DNA of 63,807 bases, counting the filler, from Sphacelaria rigidula (taxonomy: Eukaryota): the NCBI GenBank assembly GCA_964200075.2. It is 9 parts of 9 records of this genome, joined end to end, with 100 filler letters (N's around TTAATTAATTAA, not from the genome) between each part and the next. Parts side by side here need not be neighbours in the genome. Positions count along the whole stretch, not along the records: positions 21,306 to 28,306 come from CAXNAA020017015.1; positions 28,407 to 35,407 come from CAXNAA020017016.1; positions 35,508 to 42,507 come from CAXNAA020017017.1; 6 more parts are not named here. One strand, written 5' to 3'. Positions within the stretch are counted from its first letter, which is position 1. Every line of letters starts with the position of its first letter. The translations under genes and the position numbers were made by a program. The notes beneath the pieces were generated by a model. That model worked only from the letters and a program-made list of their open reading frames with translations. It was not told the DNA's origin and ran no database searches. This document shows positions 24,871-38,179 of this stretch, one piece after another.

Positions 24871-25901
24871 GAAAATTTCTCTGGGTCTACTGCTCTGAGA
24901 AGGGTCAACTAGCCTCTTATTATGGTACAAGCCAACGTGTCGTGTAACATTTTGAAAGGTGCATGTGATCGCTGTTCGAATAAATTGGTCACTCTCAATC
25001 ATATCTTCAACTCTCAATCTCACAAAAACATTGTTGTGAGTGAAAGAACAAGGTATACAATTTCAAATGAAGCTATTGTGATAGCCTCAATACGAGTGCC
25101 AAAAGCTAGCAGAAAGCACTTTCCTCGGCTTTCCTCAGGCTTGGAGAAAAACAATGTCGGTCTCTTCAAGTCCCTAGGACAAATCGTAAAGGACAGACAG
25201 TTTTCCAGAATCTAACCATCAAGCTTTCGGAGCTACGAACGGCTCTACGAACGACAACCGACAGACGCTCGGAATTGAAAGTGCCCTCTGGCCTTCAGCA
25301 GCGAAGAGCAAAGGGGGAATGCCATGGCACGCGGGGGTGCTGCAGGGAGCGGAGAGGTTCATGATCTCTTGGCACAAGATCGAGGAAGAGACCAGCCGAC
25401 TACGTGCGATTAAACGGGAGCTTTGGGGAGAGGAGGGACGAGATGGAAGAATACATAACCAGTTTGTAGCGAATTGATAATGATGGAAGTGGCAGCAGCC
25501 CTATGATCTACCCTTGTATTATTTTTCTATTAACTGCTGACTCCAACGCACCCCTCTCCCCGAGGTGGTGTGTGTTGTTGTGTGGTGCTTGTTCCTGTTA
25601 TGCCTTGTACATTCGTACGCATAGCTGTCCCTCCAGAGGCACAAGGTTAGAACTTTGCGACTCTTATCGCTTTGGCTGGTGATCGGAGCTCTTGAGTTTG
25701 TTTACCTTCCTGTTTGTCCTCGCGTGTAGAGTGGACCAATGGGCCCTGCCTCCAGAGCCCGAATGGTCGCATATGACATCGGAACTTAGAGGGCTAGCAG
25801 TAGTCCTGTTCCTTTCCTCCTTTTTTTTTCTCATTTCTTTTGTTTCGGGTCTGTGTGAATTGTTTCTGGGTCCGATTTTATTTTATGTTTTTCGGTTATA
25901 G

Positions 25902-26010
25902 ATTGCCCTGTGTCCAGGGCGCTTCCAACTTCAATTTGTTTCGGTGTTTGTGACGTTGCGATCTTGAATTGCGGCGGTGAAACCGGAGCGGTCTCGGCTG
26001 GGCCCTTGTT
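25902..26010 (+). repeat. Dispersed repeat; second copy at ~48653-48760
   Basis: TTGCCCTGTGTC.AGGGCGCTTCCAA.TTCAATTT..TTCGGTGTTTG shared. Confidence 0.75.
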
Positions 26011-26934
26011 ATAAGTGGCTCTAAACTGAGCGTTTGCCGCAAGCACCCGGGGTATGGTGATGTGTCGTTGCGCCGAAGTGCAAAGTTATATTGAAGAATA
26101 AATTGTTTTTGTGTTGTAGCTGTCGCCGTACATTCGCAAGGGCCCGCAGCAAGCCGGCGCTGAGACGCGAGTCGTTTCCCGGCAAATTCCCGACAGGTCG
26201 TCCAGCACTAGTCCCAGCCACTACCTTGCTGTTTTCAAGTACAAGTGCAGGACTTGTTTCCCGGTATGCCATAGACTAAAACTTTCAAGCTGCTGCTTCT
26301 CGGACAGACAGGAGACACCGTCAAGCGTCAAGCAGCTGTACGCTGGGCCGGCCCCATATTTGGGAATGACGGCACGACCCCCCCCCCCAGGTCTCCCAAA
26401 CCTCATTCTGGGGCCGTAGGAGGGGACGGTGGGAGGACCCTCGGGTACCCTATTTGAGGAGGGGGTTACCCCCGTGACCGATGGGTGATGGCGATAGTAG
26501 TTGTTGTTGTGTGTGCGCATGGGTCTTGAACGCCCATTCATGTATTTAAAATATGCTGCTTGCTGCTGTGTTCGACACTGCGTACACTGCGTACCAACCG
26601 CAGCGTGACGACTTCGGCGGTACTACCTACTTGCTCACTGCACAGCGGCAGGGTGCAGGGTGACAAAGCAAACCGCAGGACGTCACATCCTTAGCCTACC
26701 CCTGTCCTGCATTGATTTCACGCTAACCTATGCAGTTCGCCACAGCATGAACGCAGCCGCTTGTACTTGCGGCCAACATACACGCGGGATATCACCTCTT
26801 GCTACGCGCTATATCGCTACGCCACATTCTGTAAAGCTGTCCATGTTGCAGCTACAGCGTTCGTTTGCCCCAGGTGGCGCACGCAGGAGTGAAACGCCGC
26901 CTCCACCGCTGTGATGGCTGCCTACCTAGAAAAG

Positions 26935-27030
26935 CTCCTGTGTTGGCCTTCCTCCTGTGTGACCCCGTGTGACCCCGGCTGATGCGCCCACATATATCGA
27001 AAGGTGGAGACCGGCGTCCAGAATAGATGG
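26935..27030 (+). mobile_element. 5'-truncated SINE tail
   Basis: Matches 41755-41836. An inverted copy lies at ~40608-40680. Confidence 0.7.
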
Positions 27031-28306
27031 GGCGAAAACACTCACGAAACAATATGCGCAGTACACTTTTGACATCGCGTTCGTACTGACTGTAGATATC
27101 TTTGTCCAGGGTCTGGTACATTTCCACATGTATGTAATGTTACTCAGTGAGATCATGAAACAATCCGCAAAATCTGGGCGAACTGCAGGTGAGGCAATCG
27201 AAATATTCACCTGCATACTCTGTTCCAGTGCACTGTAAGTTGATATCGCTAGAAGGATACAACTATAACCACGTTGCCGGCTGCCAGACTGTCGGGACGT
27301 AGGATCCACTAGCATTGCTATTGCCTGTACGGGGATGTTGCCCCCTTGTCGGGTACGTGGGGAAGAGCCCGTGGTAGAACGCAGTGGTCGCGTCAAGCAG
27401 CCGCACGCTGGGCGTTCTCACTCAAGACCTCGGTTTGAAGGATAATACTAGGTAGGCTGCAGCAACTGCTGTGTGGCCAGGTGCCCCTTGGAGCAGGGTG
27501 CGTTAGGTTTCTGTTCGACAAAGTCCCCCCCGGAAAACCGGAATCAATAGGGGTTTTAGAATAGAAAATAAAGCAAAAAAGAAGTCGCAAGAGTCGAGTC
27601 GCAAAACACCGCTTAGTCGAATTTTTACCCGGAGCGGAAACCAATTTCACGAAGTGAAATTGGAACCCTATCTTGGGGTAGTTAGCCTGTAACCACGGAA
27701 GGCGCCCGCATCAGATGCCCAGTACAGAGTATCGGAACGATTTTGAATGCCCAAGACAACTGCAACAACAACAGCCACCATTATTCCCACCTATACGAAA
27801 CGTTTCCATCAACGAGTTTTCGATTCCAAAACACGAACACTGCACCTTAATTATCTGAAATACTACTCCCTGTATATCCACAAATGTTTCTTCTTTCAGT
27901 AGTGTACTTTCCACACCGACAATAGATTCTATTGTAAAACAATGTACGGCGTACAGTATGGAATCTGTTGTCTACTGCAATGAACAGCAAATTGTGCGAA
28001 ATGACGTTTAACTCCGAGATGAGGTTCAAGTGGGCAACCCGACTTGCGAACTTTTTGTAGTAGAAGTACTGAGGACAAGCTCTTATTCAGAAGAAGTGAC
28101 CTGTGGAGGTGAACCCGTGACGCGTCATATTTAGTACGTCGAAGAATGGAGAGAAGTAAGTCGGGTGAGCACTCTTGTTACTCTACGCCACAAGGAAAAA
28201 AGTGGAAGCGCACGGATCCCATCTCCTGCGATAACCCCCCCCCCCTCGGGCTGCGCCAGCACGAGGAACAAACCCTCGATCATGCCCGACAGGGTGGCGG
28301 GGGGGG

Positions 28307-28406
28307 NNNNNNNNNNNNNNNNNNNNNNNNNNNNNNNNNNNNNNNNNNNNTTAATTAATTAANNNNNNNNNNNNNNNNNNNNNNNNNNNNNNNNNNNNNN
28401 NNNNNN
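28307..28406. other. Artificial contig spacer
   Basis: N44-TTAATTAATTAA-N44. Confidence 0.98.
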
Positions 28407-28660
28407 CTGGAAATGAGTGGGGGAGACGAGTAACTCTACGGTACAGTGAGAGTGACAATATTAGAGGTCCTGATTGCAGTCGATAGAGCGCTGGCAAGAG
28501 GAGTCGCCCTTCTCGGAGTGAAAGCGATGGGGATCAAATCCCCACGACTAACTTTTGTGACGGTTTACGAGACAACCACCACGGTTTAAGAGACAACCAA
28601 CTAGACTACTGACAAGTCAGACGTGTCAGTAGTCTTGTTGGTTGCCTCTTAATCCGTCAG
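28407..28660 (-). mobile_element. Diverged partial copy of the 23758-24228 element
   Basis: Reverse-complement similarity to 23760-24000, including its own imperfect palindrome (~28556-28660). Confidence 0.75.
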
Positions 28661-29044
28661 CTTTCATGTGAGCTCAGGTAAGACGCGAGTATTCACAGTG
28701 GTTGAAGATGAAGAAATGGTGCGCGTATGCGCCAGTAATATTTGGTGGTCCCACTCATTTTGATGTATCATCTCACCTTTTGTGTGGAAGGAGCATGTGG
28801 ATGGTGTGTCGATCGGTCTAAAAGGAGCGGTCCAGGTGAGCCGCGAGTCTGTTGAGACATGAAGCCAACCATTCACCTCGGGTGATGAGCCGGTGGGATG
28901 TTTGAGTCCGGCTGAATCAAAGTGGGACATTATCATCGGGTGGTATCTGGGGTGCACTCCATAAAGAAACCGGTTTCGACAATGATATCACTACGGGTGG
29001 TCAATGATGGCGGAGGTCGAGGTGCGCTTCCCCTTGTTGGGTTG

Positions 29045-30190
29045 GTATGCATGGCTTGAGTAGAGATGTGAGTTATGCCTTTGTCTTCGGTGCCTTAACG
29101 ACTGGTGAAATAGAGCTCTTTAGCGTTTGCGAGCAAGAGGAATTATATCAAAACGCTTTTACGGAGATTAACAATGCAGAAGTGATCTGCTTTTCAGACA
29201 TGTACACTTTTTTATTCTGGTTTGAGTATGATGTATTGCTTGGCTGTTGCACTCTGTTGCATAGGTGTTGTGCTAACAAAAAGGCGTTTCAATTCCTGCT
29301 AGGTACCTTGTCTTGGATGAGAAAGACCACGCGTCACGAGTGCTTTGGAATAGGCGCGAATACGTTCGTTGATTTTCGGGATTTTCTTTGCCGTTGTTTA
29401 TTCAAGCATGTTTGTTGAAGGCAACGACTTGGAAATCTGGCGTCAGCTGTAACGCCTCGACTTGAAGTGGTGCAAGTCTATCGTGGCATTGCGTGTTATA
29501 GAGCGACGTTTAAGATATCTTGCAACTTTTTCGGGGATTGGACGAGCTTTTATGGGGCTGTGATCAAATACAGCGGCAAAGATTGCCATTTTGTGTGAAA
29601 AACGACGGCACTAACAAGCAATAATGGTGTTTGATTTTGTCAATGAGTCATCATGCTGCGATAGGAGGGGAGGATGTTTTGGGCTATTTTTTCCACAAAA
29701 TTCCACTTGAAATCGTTTTTGAAAGCCGCACGGTTGTACGAGTGCGCTTGTTGATAATAAGTAACACTCAATCATATTTGTTGACATGTTGACACACCTT
29801 TCACCCCAAGAGAGCGCAGCGCGAGTATCTTAAGTCGTCTGACACACATATGAGTCCTTCCATTCGCATAATCAAGCACCACCCCCACACACCTTTATAT
29901 TTGACTCCTCGTTGGTAGTAGGCGAGCATTGGGGGTGCTGTAGACTTTGGTCACCATTGTGACCTACGTTAGGTATACGAATGTTGTCGGAATAACCCGT
30001 ACTAGGCTCGTTCACAGCTGCTTGATGGGTCGCAGATTATGCGAGTATGATTGGTTCCCGTGAGTGTTCCACAACGATTGTCTCAAGTCGCGTTTGCTCA
30101 CTCCGTGTGAGAGACGTTAGGGTGCTCCTGTCCGGTATAGTGAACAGCTAAGATTCATGTATAAATAATACAGCTTCTTAAGGCTACGTG
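29045..30190 (+). mobile_element. Gypsy 3' non-coding region, PPT and LTR start at 29939 (LTR end approximate)
   Basis: Homologous to 57030-57600. Reads TTGGTAGTAGGCGAGCATTGGGGGTGC|TGTAGAC. Confidence 0.6.
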
Positions 30191-30415
30191 CCGAGAATCG
30201 GAAGAGCCCACGTTTCTGTCTGGGCTTCACTGCAGAACTCGGCACCCCAGCCTAGAAGAGTATTTTATTTTTTCTTGTAAGATTCCAAGCTGCTTTGCTC
30301 GTGGTTTTTCTTGCTTCTCTCATCGTCTCGGTCGGCTATGGCATGATCGTTGTCACGAACAATCCGGATTGCCAATTATATGTCAGAACGCACACGAACC
30401 TCCCAGCGAACACTG

Positions 30416-30493
30416 TGTAATGCTAATCCTAACCATAGGGATGTTTAAATTCCGATGCGGTCCTCTAAGCACGCGGTCCTCTCACGCATTACA
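30416..30493. mobile_element. Internally deleted copy of the TTAGGG-bearing MITE
   Basis: Ends GCGGTCCTCTAAGCACGCGGTCCTCTCACGCATTACA. Confidence 0.7.
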
Positions 30494-31416
30494 GGATACA
30501 CCGACCACATGTTCGAAGGAAAGACGGTATTCTGCGAGGATCTTGTGCCTCACGATGCTGTTTGGCCCTAATCACGTTTGGGGTTTTGCAAACACTCGCG
30601 AGAATACTCTGCACGAGCTGCGGGCGGATAACGTTTGCGTCAGTATTTATTTTTGAGTGGTTCAAGCCTAACACGGGTATCTCTACCTTCCGTGCTCTCC
30701 TCTATCTTGAAAAGGGTTGGTGCACCAACCTTTGCCTGTTGCTCATTATTCGTAACCGACTCCGTCAGCCGTCAACGTCGAGCCAGTCAACTTTCGTCCG
30801 CTGTGCTGGTTCCGGCTTAACCTTTTCACACTTCCTCTAAGGTCAACCTCAGACGTCGAGAACATCGATGTGCTCTCGGCCAGTAATATCCCGACGGCTA
30901 TATACGGCGACAAGAGTCTCCAAAATTGTTCTCGTCACTTGCAACGGCGATACGGTATGCCGTGACGCCTCAACGATTGCCGTGCCTTTGGGGAAAGAGT
31001 CACCTTTGTCTAATAAAGTAGACGATGGCACCTCGTCCTTTTGCGGCCAGGAGTTGGCATCGCCTGCGCAACTGTGTGGTGGTTTCACCTGCTCCCCGCT
31101 GCCGATTGCCTGACGGTTATTCCCTCTGCATCAATGCATGCAAGCCTACATATATTACACAAGTCAATACGCTGAGACTATACAGAGGTTCAAACATATC
31201 AAAATATTGCCTATGCGCTGTCTGAACTCAATGTGTTTCTCACCCTTGGGCAGTCGAGGTCCGGGCAATATTTTTCGGCAGTGCTCGCGGCAGTGCACCT
31301 CAAAGCATAACGAGTAGTACACGTATAAGCAACAGCGTCGCGGAGAGGCATGCCTGTGATCGCGACAAAGAGATGCAGATGTTGTCACGAGCCAGTCATG
31401 AACAGGTGAACACAAG

Positions 31417-31620
31417 TGTAATGCGTGAGAGGACCGCGTGCATAGAGGACCGCGCTGTAGCTCGAAACACGTCAGGATCGTCGTGTATCAACACCAATCG
31501 GGCAGTCCCTGCAGGGACCACGCTCCTGACCCTAATCCCAACACTAACCCTAACGCTAACCACAGGGGTGTGTAAATTCCGGTGCGGTCCTCTAAGCACG
31601 CGGTCCTCTCACGCATCACA
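31417..31620. mobile_element. TG...CA MITE with internal (CCCTAA)n-like tract, 5-bp TSD ACAAG
   Basis: TIR TGTAATGCGTGAGAGGACCGCGTGC. ACAAG at 31412-6 and 31621-5. Confidence 0.9.
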
Positions 31621-32942
31621 ACAAGTACAAAGGAAACATCAGTTTGGGCTCGATTCAATCGTGGTGAGGTAGCGGCGGCGAAGACATGTTGATCATGGTG
31701 ATATGGTAGGTTTCCCTGTGACCTGGACTTCATGCCACAGCAAAAAAAGGCGCTACTTGTCATGGTAAAACCATGATCGGCTTTGTACACTCCATACGGC
31801 CAGGTTCGATAGAGTTGAAGGGGACACAGTTGAGGGAATTCGGCAGTGATTGAAGTTCTAGCAGGGAGCATCGATTTTGAAACATGCTGCTCAGCCCTCC
31901 CCTGTGGTTATGCTCGACCTATGTCATCCTTGCATGAACGCGTAATGTTTCTTGTGAACGTCACCCAGGAAGATGCTTTCAGGAGTGTTCGATGGGGGTG
32001 TTTTTGGTAAGAAAACTGATACGGACATTGTTACGAACATCACTACTATGGAGTGTTAGGATCCGTGCGCGAGGTCGTGAACAGTTTAGAGCCTAGGGCT
32101 CAATCCACATTTGAATGAGAAAAGAAGAAACCGTTTTCAACAAACGTTGGCACGAGTTAGTTACCCCAGAGGGCGCATTGTGCAGCGAAATTAGTTAGCC
32201 CGGAGGGCGCATCGCGCACCCAACGACAGAACACCTGTAAACTGATGGCAGATCCATACAGGTGTGATTCCATCAGCCGGTCGCACAAATGTCGCGGGTT
32301 GATCGTTCATCACCTAGACAACGAAGAGGAAACAAATGTTTACATGTATCAGTAGCACAAAAGCAAAACCTTACATCTAATGCAAGTACTTACTTATCTC
32401 CGCACATTTGTAATGTTTGGCTGCGATCTGTTGAGTATCAGAGGGTGGCAGGTTGTGCTTGTGACAAACGCGTTGCTGACTACGCCGGTGTAGACCAATT
32501 GCGTGCTTATACTCGATGCACGTCCGACGCTTATCGTTGTACCTCATTCACTTTTCAAAAGGACGGATCCGCCGATAAGAGGTGTCTCGAGTAGACTAAA
32601 CTGTTCGTTGAATATTCCACGAAGCGTTTGCATAACTAACTACTCTCATCCAAAAGATCATCGCAGCTACGTAACACAGCAATCGGAACCACTTGACAGC
32701 ACGTTTACTCACACGTTCTAGCCCATAACAAGTGTACGACACTGCACCGCACCAATAACAAGTGTACGACACTGCACCGCACCAATGCAGTTTCAAGTTT
32801 CGAGCAATGGAACTCCACCCCCTCGAACCAACGAGAAATGTACACAGTCGATCAAATTCCGGTACAGCTCCAGCTATACTCTGTCGTCCCTGACATAACG
32901 GGCCACTGAAAGGGTGTTCGAGGAGTGGGCATTTGACCATAG

Positions 32943-33155
32943 TGTAATGCGTGAGAGGACCGCGTGCTTGGAGGACTGCATCGGAATTTGAACATCCCCA
33001 CGATTATAGGGTTAGGGTTAGGGTTAGGGTTAGGGTTATGGTCAGGGGCGTGGTACCTGCAGGAACTGGCCCGATTGGTTTCGAAAAACATCGATTCTAT
33101 GGTGTTTTAAACTACGGCGCGGTCCTCCAAGCACGCGGTCCTCTCACGCATTACA
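32943..33155. mobile_element. TG...CA MITE with internal (TTAGGG)n, 5-bp TSD CATAG
   Basis: Same TIR in the opposite orientation. CATAG at 32938-42 and 33156-60. Confidence 0.9.
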
Positions 33156-34092
33156 CATAGCACCAAGAAGCGCTCGCTCAGTCAGTGATGGAAAATCCGC
33201 TTCTCAAGCAATGATTATTGCGTGTTTCCTGATATAGTCACAAATGGGATTTCGGGGCTCCCCGGCCCTCGCTACCATGATTCTTCACACGTCGGGTGCT
33301 GCGGACAATCGTCTTGGAGTACTTGAGTTTCTTCGGGGAGGTCTACGACAAGGATCTACGATACGGTGACTGACTTGACGTGTGGTGATCTGATTGGGTA
33401 AACGTGTAGGGTGTTACACCGCATTTAGGCGTGTTGTTACATACGTGAGGTCTTGACGTGGTGACACGCGGTATGTGAACCGCACATCACCTCACTTCAC
33501 TCCACAACCGCAATCAGCCTGGCTGACCTGCTTGAATAAACTATCTCAACAACTCCCCACGGGCACCCGAGCCAACCAACAAATCGATCATCCTTGACTC
33601 GAAACCAGGTCCTTTCCTATTTAGTAGCATTTGTGCAAGTGTCGATACCTGCTTGAAATATGAACGGCCGAGACTGTGTTTGGGTCGAGTCTGTTCGTAG
33701 GATGGCCTGCGGTGTTCAGTAAGATACACCTAGTCAGGGTAAGGTACAACAGTCTAGTGATATACCTGTTTGAGTTCCGGGTACTACGCGGAATGACTTT
33801 ATATTGTGATGTTAGTGACTGGACATACGTGAGTGGTGCTTGTCACATCCTGAGACTTTGGTGCCTACTGGGCCCACTCCCGTTCGTTCCCTCTTCATCA
33901 ACAAAGCTTTATATACATTTCTACCTCATCTTGATCGGCAGTCAGCCGTGTCCATTGATCGACCATCGCAGTCGTGTCCATTGATCGACCATCAGAGTCG
34001 AGTCTACACCCCCCAACCTCTCACGGGGTCACGAAGCTACACTCTAGAGCCCAAACCCTCCCCAACTTGGGAGCTTTGTGGCCAAGGGACCG

Positions 34093-34955
34093 ATGGCGGA
34101 CTGGAGCACTGCGGAAAGACACTCGGCTGTCGTAGGAGACACATCGTCTCCAACGAAGATGCTGGAGGTGAAAGAGAATGTCGCCAGCTTGCAAGGATTG
34201 GTGACGGATATCACCGAGCAGCTGGCGGAGCTGAAGACGATGGTGGTGTCCCAGTTAGTGCGCGGGACATCGTCCACTGGTCCCGGAGCGGCAGCGGACC
34301 AGGAGGGGGAGGCAGGCGACGGTGTGCGACGGTGCCGGAACAGGGAGGGTCCGGTCACCACTCGGTGTAGGGATTGTATCAGGTCCTCTCCGAGGATCCA
34401 CGGGCGATGGATCCGCCCATGTAGGTATGAACGAGAAGTCCCTGGCTTACTACCCTTATCTAGGCGTGAAGAGTTGTTTTCGTGTTGATGAAAGATTCGA
34501 TGAGAAGTTTGACAGGAAGGAGAGAAATTGGCCGTTGTTCCGTGATGATGATCCCCTGACACAAGTTAGTGCCGCAGTTTTCATAGCGCCGCACGTGAAA
34601 GACGGGAAATATTTCCGTATGACACAGGAAACTGGCCAGGACCCCCGTGAAGTGGCAAGGGAAGTCGAAAAAGGAATTTACGAATTCACAAGGGACCTCG
34701 GGAGATACGGGGGATTCAAAACTGGACGGACGTGAAAATGGTTCTGCAAAGGAGAGGCGATGTTGGATTTGCAGGAAGCAAACAACACACTTCGCGTGTG
34801 ACTGTCTGGAACGACATTGTATGAGATGCGGAAAGAAGGGACACTCTTATCAGGATTGTAATACAGTAGAGAACAAAGATACAGCGATGGCAGTAGGGTC
34901 GTCGGGTGGTACCGATTCTTCAGGATTTTCGGAAGCGGACGCAGAAGCCTCTTGA
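34093..34955 (+). pseudogene. gag: Frameshifted LTR-retrotransposon gag with two zinc knuckles
   Basis: N-terminal coiled-coil-like stretch. CWICRKQTTHFACDC and CMRCGKKGHSYQDC. Confidence 0.7.
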
Positions 34956-35407
34956 AAAATGATGACATGAGACCTATGCATGACTCAAATACCCCTTTGT
35001 CTTTATGTTTTGAGTGTTCGTGACCGTCATGCAAATAGCGATTCATTTACCCAAGGAAAGGTTGTTGCCCAGGTGGATCGAGATGTTGGATATCTCTGGA
35101 CAATGCTGAGATCATATTTTTGATATGGACACCGAAACTCAGTGTTGATGTTTGACGGATTTCTGTCTCGATGAGTGCAGACCTACTTTGCGCGTTTGTT
35201 TGACTCGATTGATGAAAAGAAAATCGTCTGCCGTTTTTGTAAGTGTGAGGAGAGCGGGGCACCGCGACTTGAGTTGACTGTGGAACGGTGTCGGTAAAAT
35301 TGCACAGAGTGAAGTGCGTGAAGAGTGTTGAGAACATGTTTTGACATGGATGCCGAAACTCAACGCTCATGTGTAACATTGTTGCCACCCCGATGAGCGC
35401 AGGACTG

Positions 35408-35507
35408 NNNNNNNNNNNNNNNNNNNNNNNNNNNNNNNNNNNNNNNNNNNNTTAATTAATTAANNNNNNNNNNNNNNNNNNNNNNNNNNNNNNNNNNNNN
35501 NNNNNNN
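35408..35507. other. Artificial contig spacer
   Basis: N44-TTAATTAATTAA-N44. Confidence 0.98.
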
Positions 35508-36099
35508 TGGACTCTCTGACTACTGCTAGCCCGGTGCTCGTCTTTTTTCACAGGCAGGTGCAACTCTCCTGCTCTGTCCGACTCTACTCCTTCCTCGCTC
35601 CTGGTGTGCGTACCCACGCGATGTGCAGCCCCTCCATTCCTGTCTAGGCTGTCCCCACTGCGCTCTCCGCTGCTGCATAGCCCCGGCGTCCAGACCGGTG
35701 CCTTAGCGTTTAACTGCATGCCGCCGCTAAATTGTTCCGAAACGAAGTACACGCCACTCTTGTGATCGTGGTGCCTCGTATCTTCCTAACCTAGTCTCCC
35801 CGTCGATACGAGGTTCGTACTCGTGTCTCCACCGTCGTTGACTGATCTTTCATCTGAAGTACGTATTTGTGCCGGTTTATTTGTGGGTGGTATCCCACCG
35901 ACCAATCAATGGCGAGGCGTAAGGGACAAACGGATCTGATTTTCCTCTCCCGATTCATGTCTACCCGCCATTTCAATGTTGCGTGCACCTTGCGCTGAGA
36001 CAGCGAATGCGACATTCCAAGGCGCCCCTTCATTACAACCCTCTCCACAACGCCTCGCTCCAATATTTCATCAATAGCTGTCCCTGACCTCTGCTCATC

Positions 36100-36423
36100 A
36101 TGGGAGCAGGAGGCTCAAAGCAACCTAGTTGGTATCCAGGGGAACCGGCGGTCCATGCGCTGGCGGAGTGTTCTTGTGCCAAAACGGGAGTTGGTCCACG
36201 AAACAGCAGTGGTTGTACTGGTATGCAAGGCATGGACAACAACGACAAGGAGGTCATCAACAGCAACCTTGGGCTGACCGCAACGACCGTGAGCTCTACC
36301 AGCAGCACCGGCAGCGATCATCATCGAAATACCGCCGCTACCCCCGCTACCACCACCACAGCTAGCGTGAGGGGTGGTCGTGACGCATCTAGCCTGGCGG
36401 CGGTTGAGCTTTCGGAGATGGAG
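36100..36423 (+). CDS. Predicted exon 1 of a TKL-type protein kinase with N-myristoylation motif
   Basis: MGAGGSK start (MGxxxS). 108 codons ending ...VELSEME|GT. The phase-0 join to the kinase exon gives VELSEMEFIAHGAFCDV. Confidence 0.65.
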
Positions 36424-37991
36424 GTGTGCGTCTGTGTGTGATGAAATGACATCCCAGCCATCTTCCCCACGTCATTTTCTGATTAGAAAGAAAAGAGTGA
36501 ATCGTGCCAGGTGCACGGCCCTCACCGGCCTTGTAGGTTGTATTGTATGTAAGCTGATGCCAGTGCCGTGCAGCCGATAGATGGCTGTGATTACCGTAAA
36601 CCGGACCACTCGAACGTCGAGAAACCTAATCTTCTGTTCGCAAGTACATCAAACAGAGGTGCTAGCTGCATTGCATGTACCGTGTGCGTGACCGCTATCA
36701 TGACGTCAGTCAGCGGGCAGTCTTACGTTTGGGTACTTGACCTATTGAAACAGATTAAATATATGTGGTTTCCGCATCTCCACCTAGGATAAGCTGCGAG
36801 GCTGAGCAATTGTTATCTGCGTGCGATGTGCTGCACGAACGCCAGCCGTACTGGCTGCTCTATGCTCTATTGCCCTGCTGAGCCGGGCGATCGAGTGTTC
36901 AGTGATGGATGACATCAGTGCGCAGGAGCTCTACGGTAGGTTATCATGGATGCCCAAGTTTTGCCCTCAACACGCGAAGCAAAGAACGGAGCCTCTTGGG
37001 TTTTACTTTCTTCGTTCTGAAGCAGGGTGCGGAAGGGAAACGCAAAACTTTTACGAGTACGCCGTGCCCCGGAAAAACAGCCTCAGGCGAGCTGCCACAC
37101 GCGCGTGCTTCAGCGCGGCGTTTTTTCAGGTCTTGCTGATCTCCACGATAGTCCTTGCGTATGGTAAATATATCAGTATTGTTGAACCAGGATCGACCAC
37201 GTTTCATTTTACAACCAAAAGCCATCGTTCGCTGTCTATCCTTCTTGAGTAGGGGCGTTACATATCGGCGGACTCCATGCAGTGAGTGATCGTTCCTCAT
37301 TTTGGCTACACGCTCTATTGCACAAGTACTCACGTTTTCCCTGCGGGTCGATTTTTCTCACTCAGTATAAGATAAAATAGATGATACATCACGGTCGCTA
37401 GTGGTATTTTTGTTCGAGTGAGACCTCCTCACTGCCAGCCCTCCGTTTTACCCCTACTGTTACGAGTAGACTGCCGCTTTTCTGTCGTACGTACCCCAGA
37501 ATAATTTCAATGCTCCTTCCCCACACATCTGCCCTGTTTTCAGAGCCTGTATTTATGCATGAATCCGAAAGCCGAGCGCAAGTCATCCTTGCCTCCTGTA
37601 CTTCTGTATACTTGACTTCACAGCGTACCCGTGCCTGTTCGTGGCAGGGTGGTTCCGATCGTGCACTTGCATCATTCAACGTGGTGGATGCTAGGTATGT
37701 AGCCCGTAAGAACAAAATTCACACGTCTCAACCAGCAACGACCACATCGGTCACGCGGAAGAACAATCTCCATTCCCGACGTAGCATCCAGCGCTGACTT
37801 CAGCGAATGTCAGCGTACGCCTGCCCGACGCGCCCTGAGCTTTCCCTCAACCGCCCATGTTTTACCCGTGCCTGTTGTCGGCCCGGTATACAGTATACTG
37901 TATGTGTATCCCTTGTGTCACGGTTTGCATCGGGTCGTGTGGTATATAACCATCCTGGTTCTTCTTCTCGTGCTACTGTGGTCCATCGCAG

Positions 37992-38179
37992 TTCATCGCA
38001 CACGGGGCATTCTGTGATGTGTTTTCGTGCAAGTACCGAGACTGGGAGGTGGTGGCCAAGCGAGTGCGGGCAGGCATGCCCTTGAGGGATAGGCGGGCAG
38101 CCGTCAGGAATCTCTGGACAGAGTATGAATGTCTGCGCGGACTCCAACATCCCAACATCATCGACGTGTACGGCATGTG
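37992..38179 (+). CDS. Protein kinase exon, subdomains I-IV (TKL-like)
   Basis: CGCAG|...|GTGAG. Translates to FIAHGAFCDVFSCKYRDWEVVAKRVRAGMPLRDRRAAVRNLWTEYECLRGLQHPNIIDVYGM: G-loop, catalytic Lys, alphaC Glu, HPNII. Confidence 0.9.

Noticed and set aside
33008-33038. True telomere
   Set aside because: Short, internal, and enclosed by TIRs and a TSD.
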